In this document: positions 37,912 to 50,191 of the stretch, in pieces
Numbering within the stretch: position 1 is the stretch's first letter
Layout of the letters: each line of letters opens with the position of its first letter
Position numbers and translations under genes: made by a program
The notes under the pieces: generated by a model
Told to the model about the DNA's origin: nothing
What the model saw: the letters and a program-made list of their open reading frames with translations, nothing else
Databases searched by the model: none
Assembly (NCBI GenBank): GCA_028534125.1
Contig: CM052817.1
Location: forward strand, 1,490,001 to 1,554,000
Reading direction: 5' to 3'
Length of the DNA stretch: 64,000 nucleotides
From: Lama glama
Lineage: Eukaryota

Positions 37912-38214
37912 CTGGACTGTCCAGTGCAGGAGCCACAGTCGCCCGTCAGCCCTGAGCAACTGATGTGTGGGTAGTCCAGATTGAGGGGTCTTGTGAGTGT
38001 AGACCTAGTATGAAAAAAAAGAATGTAAGAGATTTCAGTGTAATTTTTAATATTGATTACATGTTGAAATGATCGTCTTTTGGACATACGTAATTAAATA
38101 AAATACATATTACTAAAATTAATTTAACCTGTTTCTTCTTAATTTTATGAATGTGGCCACTAGAAAGTCTTAAATTATACTTTGGCTCACGTTGTAATTC
38201 CGCTGGATAGTGCC
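37912..38214 (+). mobile_element. MER33 (hAT-Charlie) DNA transposon
   Basis: ctgtcca...aatattgattacatgttgaaatgat...aaaattaatttaacctgtttc...aatgtggccactagaaa...tggatagtg resembles the MER33 consensus as remembered. Confidence 0.8.
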
Positions 38215-41200
38215 ACTCTGATGGCTGTCTGTACGCGTGGAAGTGTTAGCTTCTGTGTTAACCTTGTATCTTCTGCCTTACTGAATTATTTCGTTGTCTG
38301 AGTCTTACTGTTGATTCTCGAGGGTTTTCCAGGTACTCTGTCATCTCCTTGCAAATAGAAGGAGCTTTACTTCCACTTTTCCAATTTTTAAGCCTCTTAA
38401 CGGTTTTCCTCTTGTTTAATGGTGTCATTCTTGAACTTAATAGGAAAGTCTGGTGTTTCTACGTTAAGGTAATTCTGGCTTCAGGGTAGGTTTATGTATT
38501 TTATTGTGTTAAGAATATATCCAACAATTCCTACTTTTCTTGAGTGTTACCAGGAATAGACACTGAATTTTGTCAAAGGTTTTCTAGCATCTCTGGAGAG
38601 TAAACATGGCTTTTCTTCTTAGCTCTATGATACATCGTAAAGAGTTAGGGAGGGTTTGTGTTTGTTTCTCACTCACAGTGCTCTGGAGCGGTCCGCCCGC
38701 CCTGGGGACCACTAGCTCCCGTGGTATGAGGAAGCGCCCTGTGCAGCCCTCTGGGCCAGGGGCCTTTTGTGGGCTCGTTCCTTAATGATACTCTCTGTCT
38801 GTGGTTACTGGTCTGTTGAAGTACTTCTGTCTCTGATGAGGTTAATTTTGGTAAACTCTTTCTCGAGGAAATTACCCTTTCATCTAGATTCTCCACCATT
38901 TTTACATAGATGTCTGCAGAGTACATACTTCTAAAAAAAATTCCCTTTCAGTGGTTATTTTCCTCTTGTGATTTCTTATTTTGTTTATTTGTGCTTTCTT
39001 CCTCCCTATTCTGTTTGATTCAGTTAGTTGCTAGTTTGTCTAGATCCAAACTGTTGATTCGTTAATTAGGTTTACTGTTTTTCTTCCTCTACCTCATTAA
39101 TTTATGCTTTTATCTTTTTTCCCCTTGGTTTCTTTTGGGTTACTTCATTGTTTTTTCTAACTTTTTGATTAGGGAATTTATTTCATTTCTTTTCATTCCT
39201 CCATTTTTTATTGATCAAAGTGTTTAGCACTTTGAATTTTTCTCTGATAATTCCTTTAAGTATATCCCGTAGTGTCTCGTAATGTTTCCATTTGGTTCCT
39301 TTTTTAGAAATTCAGTAATTTCCATGTGGTTTTTTTCCCTTTCACCCTCTAGCTTAATCGGTGGCTTTTAGATTTCGAAGTAGGAGAGCCTTTTTTATGT
39401 TAATAATTTCTAGGATTTTTTACACTGTAATCAGAAGGTTTTTTTTTGTGATACTTCTGATTCGTGAGGCTTCCTGATACTTTTGTGACTGCTCTGTGTG
39501 CGTCTGAGTTAAAAGTGCGTTTTCTCTGCTTGATGGCACAGCGCCATTCCCTCCCTGGCTTAGTTATGACTTACACTTGGGGTTGGGGCTTCTGTAGCCT
39601 TGCTTGTTTTTTGTCCTCTTGAACTGTATTCTGTTACTTGTTATGAGTTTCTGTGTTTTCTTGCATCTCTTGTAGCCGTGCTTTATAGAGCCGGCTTCTC
39701 TGTGACTTGGTGCGCACTCCTGGCGCCGCCGTGCTGCATCATGGCTCGCAACGTCCTTCCTGTTGTGCGTGTGCTCTCGGCTCGCCTTCCCGTGTCTGCG
39801 ATGCTCTTTGCTGCCGTTCTCTCCCGCGCTTTCTGTTTGCCTGGTGGGGCCGCTGTGTCCTCGTCCCCTCGTTTCTGAGTCACTTGGTTTTAGGCCATTC
39901 TTCGTGTTCAGCTTAGACACCTGAGTCCTGCCATGGGGACACAGTGACAGTCTGCAGGTGAGGCGGCCCGTCTCCACTGTTGGTCCGACTGTGTGGTCTC
40001 AGCCCTGGTGTTATTTTATAACTGCTAGGTGTGTTTTGTGTTTGCTGTTTCTTTTCCTACGTGATGTGTTTTCTTTGCTCTTTCATTTCTGAGCATCTTT
40101 GGTGTTTGGGACATTTGTGGTTTGGTGCCCACCCCCGCTTCCCTGCTCAGAACGAGGGCCTCCGACTCCACTTAGCGCTGGGTGACCGCCGAGCGCTGAC
40201 CTCTCCTCTCTGCTCTCCCCTTCCTGACCCTTCGCTTCCCCCATCTCAGCTGCATTCTTTCTGCTTTCTCAGAACACACAGCATTCTTGAGTCTACCTGT
40301 GAATCCCTTGGGTGCTGGTGTCAGTCCTCCTGCACGGGGTTCCCAGTCACCCCCAGGCCCCTGTCCTCAGGGGCGGGTCAGGGCACAGTGTCCTCTGAGC
40401 TCTGGCAAAGCAGACTGTTCCCTGTGGTCGTAACAGTGAACAGACAGCCTGGCAGGGTCTGGAATCCTTAGGTCACACTTGCTTTTCACTCTGTCAATAC
40501 AGGTTTTTGTGTAAAATGTCTGGTACTGAGTCTGGTTATAGTCCTGTCCTTTTTTTCTCTTAAGATTCTCAATACTGATTATCATCTCCAGGCAGTAAGC
40601 CGAGTATTAGAAATCGCTTTTCCTGACGACATTTCCGGCAGACGTGCCTGCTCAGGGTTTGCTTTCTGGCTGAAGAGCCTTCTCTTCTGGAACTGCTGAC
40701 GACGACTGCTGGGTTGGCCTTTCAGGGACCTCACTTCCTGTCCATCTGTAAACCCTCCTGCCCCACCCACCCTTCCTCGTGCATCACTGTTTCCTTGACC
40801 GAGGCCTCATCCAGCGAGCCACCAACAGATGTCTGGGAGTAGGGGTCCGGGCGGGGAGCGGATCGGGCTGGGGACCGTGCTGTGAGGGTGACTCCTGGGG
40901 GCTGGAGTGGGCGGCCTGCAGGCCTGGACCCAGGAGCCTGGCAAGGAGACAGAGTCCCCCACTGGTGACGAGGAACTTGCCTGACAGGATGGAAGGTGTG
41001 ACGCGGGAGTGAGGAGGGGTCAGGAGGGTGCTTTCTCGGCCACTGTCAGGAAAGGCGCGGTCCGATGCCTGGCCGCAGATGTACCGAGGAGGCGGCTTTG
41101 TGGACGGGCAGCTGGGAAGCAGGGCGGGGCGGCGGCGGAGGTTTGATGGTGCTGGTATCCAGGTGTGGTGGAAACCCCGGGGATACAGTGGAAGGAGGCC

Positions 41201-42232
41201 GGGGAGCTGGCGGAGGGGCTGGGGCAGGGGCAGCAGGACCTCAGGGGAAAGCTCCCCCGGTGGCTTTCTGCCAGCTGACAGGTGTGAAGGCGCTCCGCCC
41301 GGTGCTGGGAGTCCTCGACAGTGTTAGCGCCACGAGCAGGTCAGCGGCGCCTGAAGCACCCTGCTGTGCAGACGCCCAGGGAGGGGAGGAGAGGGGGCTT
41401 TACTTGCTATAGACTCAAAACACCACCCCGAGCCGAGGCAGGGACAGGGAAGGAGACCGGCATTTAACAGAGCGCTGTCGGGGTCTCGCTCGGCCTCGGG
41501 CGGAGCCGGGCACCGTGCGCGCCCCGCCAGCCCGCACCCCAGCCAGGTGCGCGCTATGGAGGCCCTGGCGCATGGGCTCGCCCAGGGCCCAGGAAGAGCA
41601 GGAGGGAGAAGTTGAAACCTCAGAGCTGCCGAGATTCTGGGGGACGGTCAGTAGTCCCCCTGCTCCAGCCTGTTTTTGAAGAGGGTTCCTCAGCTTCTGT
41701 GGCCACGCTTTCCAGTGGGAACAGCCTGGAAAGCTTTTTGATGAGGTCTGGGGTGTAGCTTGTGTAAACTGAGTGCCTGAGAGAGCCGCCTTCCTCCAGA
41801 GGCTGACATCGGGGCCTGGGCACAGCCCTTCCCTCCCTGGGCCCGCCTTCTGGGACACTTCCATTGACAGTCGTGTCCCCCCTTCCCCCCGCCCCACCCT
41901 CCAGCAGGGACTAAGACAGACAGCCTCTGCGTGCACTGAGGTTCAGGAATCTTCTCGAGGGCTCTCCCGACGATTGATGGTGACCCCTTGGGACATCTGG
42001 GTGCCAGCAGGTGGGTCTCCTCTGCTCCGCACACAGGAGTCCACTAATTCCAGGTGACCTGGACGTTCACAAGCACGTGAGAGAGTCCTCCCTCCTTTGG
42101 CTGTTTGCAAAATCTCACGTTAGGAAGAATTCTTAGTTTGTGAAGATTCTGAAATTAAAAGCAAATGATCTGTCGTGGTGAGCTGGCCGGGTGCTGTGGT
42201 GACTGACTTGCCTCTCTTCTTTCATCTTACAG

Positions 42233-42314
42233 ATGATGTCTTTCTGCCTAAAGACATCGACCTGGACAGCGTGGATATGGATGAGACGGAGCGGGAGGTG
42301 GAGTATTTCAAAAG
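42233..42314 (+). CDS. FAM193A: FAM193A penultimate coding exon (DDVFLPKDIDLDSVDMDETEREVEYFK), FAM193 C-terminal domain
   Basis: cttacag| acceptor with upstream ctgac branch-like motif, AG|gtaaac donor; 82 nt, phase 1-2. Confidence 0.95.
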
Positions 42315-43369
42315 GTAAACGTCAGGAGGGTGTGTCTGAAGCAAAGATGGTCTCGTGGTTACCGTAGGTCACCCTCCCGTGGCACTGCCTCTTGTCTCGG
42401 GCAGAAGTCTTGTCACTGGCCACGCAGCCCGGTCACTGTGAGGCATCCTGGCACGTCCACCCACACGCCGAGCGCGCGCACACCAGCCTTCTCCCCTCCC
42501 CCGCCCCACTCACTTCTCTCCACCGAGCGTGTCAGGACCGCTGCGCCGCAGCCGGCGGGCGTCAGCTTGTCTCCGTGTTTGCTGGCGTTGGGACACAGTG
42601 ATGCGGTGTGATTTTAAGGAGGGACGTGACATTTTAGATAATTTGCTCAGTTTTCCTGATAAGCAGACTTCATTCATGCTTATTCAGTAATATTTTATCT
42701 ACTGTGTGAAAAACGGCAAGAAAATTTTACTTTAAAGTCCTTGTTCTTTCTTAGGAAGTACTTTAACCTCTTTGTTTCAAACAACACACACACGCTCACG
42801 AAAGAAGCAGTTTGCAGTACAAAGAAGCCATGATTCAGACCTGAAATACAAAATTCTAAATGTTTCTGGAAATTATATGTCTTGTGTGTGTGTGTGTGTT
42901 TTAATCTTAGCAGGTAAGGCATTTGCTGAAGTTAAGCATCCATTCACAATAGAAACTCCTAATTAGGACAAGAAGGGCCCCTTCCTGACATGACCGTAAA
43001 CGCAGTGAATGTCACACTTAGTGACGAGGCGCTGAAAGCTGTCCGATGAAAAAATAACAACACTGAGGATGGCCATTGTCGCAGCCTCTGTGTGTGAAGA
43101 CAGAGAAAGAAAGAAAGGGGTGAGGCATAGAGTGAAGCAGTGGAACTGTCACTCTCAGGTGCCATGAATCTGTTTGTACAAAGTCCAAAAGAATCAACAG
43201 GTGAATTACTTGACTTACAAAGATGGCTTGCGCTGAAGCTGTGCCCTGGGGGGCAGGGGACAGACGAGGGGCTGTTCTTGGGTGCGGGCCAGACTTCGGG
43301 GGACACTTCCCCCAGTAGGCCTGTAGGACTCGCGCACTTAAAGATCACGCGTGATCTTATCAACGAAGA

Positions 43370-46300
43370 AATGAAAAATATACTTATTGAAATCAAGACC
43401 TCGGTAGATGGATGAAAAACAGATTAGATGCTGCTGAAGAGGGAGTTAGTGACCTGGAAGCTGCATCCAAGTGGCACACCCAGAATGCACCGACACATCA
43501 GGGAAATAGAAATGTGCGGGAGGGGCTCGGGGGCGCGGAGTAATGGCTGCACGCGACGGAGCCCCCGTCTTCGGGAGCGTGGAGAGACTGCAGGAAAGCC
43601 GTGGAGAGAGAAGACCTTGCCTGAGGGTTTAGCAGGACTAATGGGAAATACAAGTCTGCAAGTTAAAAAGCACAGCATATAAACAAGCAGAGATCCGTTC
43701 CTAGACCTAGCACGTGAAAGCAGAGGCCACGAGCGGTACTCACAGGCCGAAAGAAGAGTGTCTGTAATTATGTGACCCTCAAAACCACTCTTCCCCAGAG
43801 CAGAGGAAAACGGCAGGAGCTTGCTACGGAGAGACCTGTATAAAAGGAAGCATCTAAAATTGCACTTCAGGAGAAAGAAAACTGATCTCAGAAGGGCAGC
43901 CTGATAGACAGGAAGGAATGAGAAGCCGCCTGACAAATCCAGGTAGATACAACCGTGCCTTCTGTGAAGCAGGATAATAACCATGTCCGACTGACGCTGC
44001 GTTGGGGAGAACCCCAGTGCTGAACAGTAGCGACGCCTAAGTCGGGCATGAGACGGTCAGAGCTGAGCGTCCCCGGGCCCTCTTATTGCTCAGGTAGTTA
44101 ACGTTCTGACGGAAGCTAAACGGGCATGACACAACTGCAAGAGCAAGTATTAAGAAGAGGAAGTAGGGTGTACGAATTGCTAATCAGTAGAAGGAAAAAA
44201 CTCAAAAAGAGAAAAAAAATGTACAGAAAGTACAATGAACAAATTTTAAAAAGATGGCAGACAAGTCCCGTTGTACCAGTGACCATCACGGGCAGTGAGT
44301 GGGCAGAAATGAAAGCGGCTTGTCAGGTCATGCCGAGGTCTGTAACCGTGCGCCTGCGTGTGTGCACCCTGCTCACGGGCACACGGCCCAGCCGCAGCGG
44401 AAGAAGGGCGGGCGCGAGGGGGCCGCAGAGGGGGCTGGGGCGGCCGTGTCACTTTCGGACCAGTGCGCTCCAGCACGAGGGCGGGTGACGGCTGCTTCGT
44501 CACGATAAACGGCTCAATTTGTCAGGAAGAACAGACATTTTAAGCATAAGTACTTAATGAAATAGCCCCCACATACAAGAAGCAGAACTATTTGGGCCGC
44601 ACAGAGACACAGACAGACCCGCCCTCCTGGGGGGGGGCCTCGGGGTCTGCTCTGTCGCGCCCGGGCAGCCTGGCATCCGTGAGCACATGGGGGCAAGCCG
44701 GCGCGGCTGGCGGGCTTCCCCTCGTGGGCGCAGACGGAGCTGCGTCCAAGAGGCAGACAGTTGTGTCCTTAAGCACATGGGGAGTGTCCACGGGTTGAGG
44801 GGGGCACATGACATGGGGCTCAGAAATCTCAGAGAACGGTGTGTAATTGTGTTCTCTGACCTCAGCAACTGAAGTTAGGTATTTACAATAAGTACGTTTT
44901 AAAATCCCTAAATGTTTGGAAATCTAAAATTATTTAAATTTAATTTAAATTAACTCATAGGTCAAGTAAGAAGCCACAGTGGACATTTTAGAATTTTACA
45001 GAACTGAAAGAGCACGAAGACGTTGCCTTGAGAACCGCGGCGTGCAGGGACGTTTGCTCTTGCGCGCGCTTCCCCGAGGCCTTAGACGTGCGAGTTAGAT
45101 TTTAGAAACCTGAAACTTGCCGAATTAAGGACTTCACTTGAGAAATTAGGAAAACAGCAACAGAATAAACTCAGGGAAAGTGAAACAAAAGAGAATGCAT
45201 AAAGCAGAGGGAAACGGAACTGAAGGTCAGCGGCGCCAGCGTTTGATTCTTTGGAAACAGTAACTAAATACGTAAAAGCCTCTGCAAGGCTGATCAAGAA
45301 AAACAGGAAAACCCACCAAAAACTCCACGACTAGATGTAAGAAGAAACAGGATGTCGGTGATTATCAGAGTCGGACGATGGCTCTGCTGGTTTTACCATA
45401 ATCTGCTTTTGTGTGTGTGTTTGAAATTTTCCGCAATAAAAAGGGGTTTCTTTGATTCTGGGAATACGTGAGTGAAAAGGAAGATGTAACTGTGGAGACT
45501 GCAGAGTGAGAGCACCGGGAACAAGTTTACAATTAATTTCAAAACCTAAATAAAAATACAGAATTAACCCAATTTAAAAATAGCCTGAAAGGTTCAGTAA
45601 AATTAATTAAACGAAAAAGCTAAAGCAGTAGTTATGTCTTCCCCACGGGAGAACTCCGTTCCAACGGCTGCAGAGAATCCTCCCGGCTGCGGGCTGCTCG
45701 GTCATGCAGATGCCGCCAGGGGCTGGGAACCAGACAGCCGGCACCGCAGGACACGCGCCTCCTCGTCCTATGAGAGAAGTAAAATTTTGATACGAAAATC
45801 TCCCAGAAACAATACCAGGAAAAACGGAAAGTGACAGACTTGTTTTCACTCATGAACGTTAGATGCAAAAGTCATCAAGAAAATACTCAATTTCCAAATC
45901 CAACAGTGTAATGAAAGCGTATTACAAAACTGGTTCATCCCAGGACTGAACGCACGGAGTAGCGGATACTAGGACATGCACATGTTATTTGCACACTCAT
46001 ATATTAAAGAAGAGCCAGGTGATCATTTCAGTGGGCTCAGAAAAAAAAGTCTTTGCTAAGATCTTACCACCCATTTATAATTTATAAAAACAAAAAGAGT
46101 GAAAAAGAAATGATAAACTAGCAATAGAAGGAAATATCTTTAAAAAGGAATTTACTGAAAAAGAAAGAAATCTACATGAAATGTTTTCCAAAACGGGAAA
46201 GATGTGGAAGCACGCACAGAACAAAGACACCCTGTGGCCGCCTCTGCTCAGCCCTGAGCGTGGTTCCCCATAGGCGCGGGAGGCGCGGCAAGGAGTTGAT

Positions 46301-46900
46301 GTCACAAGGGCTGGGAAGGGGATGACTGTCTTAACGGGGAGTCGCAGAAGCACGCCCAGGACAGTCTAGCAGGAGCCTGGCTGTGGGACAGGGGTGCAGA
46401 AGTGACTTGTTTTTCTCTACACCATCAATAATTCAAGAATGCAGTTTAAATAAGGCTAGCAATTAGAACAGTGCCAGAATCTGTGCGGTGTCTGTGGGCG
46501 AGTCTAACAGGAGTTGCACGGGACTTGTGCCCAGAAGACGGGGAACTTCACGGAGGAGCGTTGAGGACCCGGGCACAGCGCGTCTGTCTGTCTGCTCATT
46601 CATGGGACGTGTTAGAATCACTCCACTGTCAGGTTTCCCGGGATGTATCCGAGATTTAAAACCCGAGGAGGGTTTTGTGGACCTTCACACAGTGTTTCTG
46701 AAACATGCTGGGATGGGTACATTGTGACACAGTCGTACGTGGGCTGTTACAGCAACAGAAGGGAACAAACCAGAGCATTGTGTGACACAACTCCGTGCAT
46801 CTTACAAACTGGACGTTGAGAGCACACAAGGGTGTACATGATACCCTATTTGTAGGAAGTTAAAATTAGGCAGAACTGAAGTCCACTGTTCAGCACACCT
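43370..46900 (+). mobile_element. old LINE-1 fragments (ORF1 and ORF2 endonuclease/RT remnants)
   Basis: A-rich L1-like text (cagattagatgctgctgaagagggagttagtgacctggaag; ttctctgacctcagcaactgaagttag; ggttcatcccagga); boundaries approximate. Confidence 0.6.
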
Positions 46901-49377
46901 GCCACTCAGCGCAGCAGCACCGCCCCGGGGGGCCTGTCCAGGAGGAGTGAGCGTGCACCCGCACAGACTTGTCCCCGCGTGTTCCTGGAAGTCTCATGCG
47001 TAGCCCCAGGCTGGGAGCAGCCCAGACGTCCACAGGGAAGAACAGCCCGCCCGCCAGCGCGCCCCCGCCCGAGGCCAGCGGGGCCCCACGCAGGAGGCCG
47101 GACCTGCCGGTGCAGGATTGCAGATGTCACAGACTCCTCCACGGTGACGGACAACAGGCCGGTGCTGGCCCAGGGCCGGGCGGCAGGGCAGCCTGGGGGC
47201 CGTGGGGGTTGAGGGGGTGCTGTGGCTCTGAGGTGACGATTTCCTGGATGCGTGGGCTTGTCGGCACCCCGGGCTCCACACTGACTGCAGGTCCTTGCAC
47301 ATAAATTCGGCCTCACGAGAGCCTGTTTCAGGAGACGAAGTGCACGGTTCAGGGCGCACACGAAGGTGTTAAGACTGTAAGAAAACCAAGGGGAACAGTC
47401 GATGTGGAAGGCAGAGCCGTTGATGGCTTCGAGGTGAGGAGAGCTGTGGCGAGGGCGGCAGGCGGGGCCCACAGCTCGGCCTGGTGGCCACGGCACGTGT
47501 TCTGCAGTGAGTCTCTGTTTCACACTCGGTTCTTTCACGTCCCGCTGTGTGTGTCACATTTGCCAAAAAAGAAGGGAATTGTAAAGGACCACTGATGCTC
47601 TCCTAGGAGAAGAGGAGGAGCGGGGCAGGCTCCTCTCCTGCCCGTGGGCAGGCACGTTGGTCCTGGCGCCCAGGGAGACCTGTGTGTGCCCGGGAGGTGG
47701 CCGGGCAGGTGCTGGGGAGGTGCCGGCGGGTGGGTGGACGGAGCTGGGAGGGTGCTGCCTCTGTGAGGAAAACTGAAGTCGGATCCCCGCCCATCCCTCC
47801 CCCAGAGGTCCGCTTCAGATGGGTTCAGGTTCTGTGTCCAGAGCTTACCTTATAACTTGGGGTACAGGTGAATGAGTGTCTTCTGGACCTCAGAGCAGGG
47901 GAAGATGTCTCTAAGGAGATATCAACCATCAAATAAAAGATTGGTAAACTGAACACGTTAAAGTCAATAATTTGCTTTAAGGAAGTGGGAAGGCGGTACT
48001 TGCCACACGTCACGAAGGACTGGTGCAGAGGACCGCTCAGGGAAGACCGATCTGATGCCAAGCGGCCCGACGACACCATGGCCGCCCCGGGGAGCGGGTG
48101 GCCCCCTGACCGGGGCGGCCCTCAGCCCGCCTCACCGCCTGTGAGCGCATCGTCCACTTGTCTGTCCGCTCGGGGCAGTGTGTCCTTACAACCGCGAAAG
48201 TGAACAGACTGTAGTCGCGTGGAGGGGTTGCACAAACTCAGTGTTGAGTGAAAGAAGCAATGCGAAAAAACACGGTGCAAAGTCAGCGCAGGTTATCGTC
48301 GGGGGCGCCTGTGGGAGTCGTGAAACTACAAAGACCAGTGGGGGCTGGTTCTCCCGAGGGCTGGGGCAGCAGCCACCTCCCGGGCTGGCAGTGTGCGTGT
48401 CCTGACCTGGGGGCGGTCGCCCAGGCTTTTGCGTGTTCTGGACATGTGTACGTCCGTGTGCGTGACATAGTCCCCAGTTGACAACACAGAGGCCTGCCGG
48501 GAGGTAGTGTCCAGAGAGGAGCCGGGGGGTGGGGGGGACACCAGCCAGGTCATGCTGGGCTCTGGTGCCCTGTGCTGCAGGAAGCTGGTGCGAGGCTGAC
48601 CCGGAGCACTTCCCAGAGCGGCTGGGAGCAGGGCGCGGACGAGGACCCCGGGCATCCAGCTGCTGTGAAGAGCAAGGGGTCCGGGCACATGAAGCAGCGG
48701 ACACCGCTGGGAGGCTGTCGCCAGAGTTGAGGGGAGACGGTAGACACAGAGGTGGGAGCTTCCAGAAGTTTTACAGGGTAACATCACGAGGACTTGGGGC
48801 TTGACCAGCTGTGGTCAGGGAAGGAATCTGGGCTCTGCGACACGGCGCAGCCCTTCCCTGGGGGGCAGCATGGCGGGGGCTTCCTCTGCCCGGACAGAGC
48901 CCATCAGGCAAGCCGCACCACCGATTGTGGTGAAATGATTTAGCCACAGTTTAAGCAAAAACACTTCATTTTACCTGCTGGACAAGTGACAACAGTACCG
49001 TTTTCAGGTTTAATTCAAATTCCTGCTACCCAAGTTAGTGCTTGAAGGGTGAGAACTTGAGGAATTGTGCAAAGGAAAGACAATGTTCTTCGCTTCATCT
49101 GACACAGAAATTGGCCTCCACTGCCTGGGAAGCACGCTCAGCACGTTTGCTCCGGAGCCGGGCGGGGGGCATGTGGCTGCTTCTCGCCCTGAAAGTGCTT
49201 GTTTCAAGTCACCTCATCGGTGACCCTGAGGACAGACGAGGGGAGGCCGGGGTCTCCGGGGCCCGGGGTGTAGGGTGGTGGCCGCCGGCAGAGCCCAGCT
49301 TCGACCCCAGCTTCCAATTCTCAGATGGGCTCGTGGGAAGCTTCCTTCAGCCCTTCCCTGAAGCTCAGGGTGACTGA

Positions 49378-49629
<252 letters not shown>

Positions 49630-50185
49630 ACTAGGACGGCCTGGAGAGGGACGCGCAGGCGGGCGGCCAGGCCGGGGGCCGCCGCCCCGAGCACCGCCCC
49701 GCCCGAGAACTTGCTGCTCGCCCGTCCTCGCTCTGTGTGTGTGGTCTGAGTGAGCCGCCGACCCGAGCCCTGTGCCGTCGGATTGGAACCGCAGCTCCGC
49801 CAGCCCTTCCACCTCCGCGGCCTCGGAGGCAGGCCGGGGCCCTGGACGAGTTGCGTCACCACGCAGCCCCGTCGCCTCTGCATCTCGCCCTGGCCCGCCG
49901 TCCATCCCCGCGGGGACGTCGTGCGCTCAGCTCTCTGGGCCGCGCGTCTCACCCGAGGCGGCCGGGGGCAGGGCTCTCGCTCCTCCACGACCTACTGTTT
50001 GAGTGTACACGTCACACTGTCCGTGTCCGACCCCCGACTCGTAGCCAGCTGTGCAAGACCCCTGCAGATGAGAAGGTCCAGAAGCCAAGCCACCAGTGCT
50101 CACACCGTCAAGTCTGTTAGAGCGCGTACGACTGTACTAACACGGAGGCCTGCCTGGCTACTTTTTTAACATATTGTTAAGTAAT

Positions 50186-50191
50186 ATTAAA
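50186..50191 (+). terminator. FAM193A: FAM193A polyadenylation signal (ATTAAA)
   Basis: ATTAAA in an AT-rich island ~560 nt after the stop, with an upstream TGTA and a downstream T-rich tract. Confidence 0.7.

Larger units (their letters stand above)
35385..40020 (-). mobile_element. old LINE-1 (L1MC-like 3' end through ORF2 fragments, antisense), interrupted by MER33
   Basis: L1MC-like 3' UTR text (aaatacttcagtgtgtgattcctcaaaataaggacactc); PKLIYKFSAMP and KIKYLGISL peptides on - strand; boundaries approximate. Confidence 0.65.
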
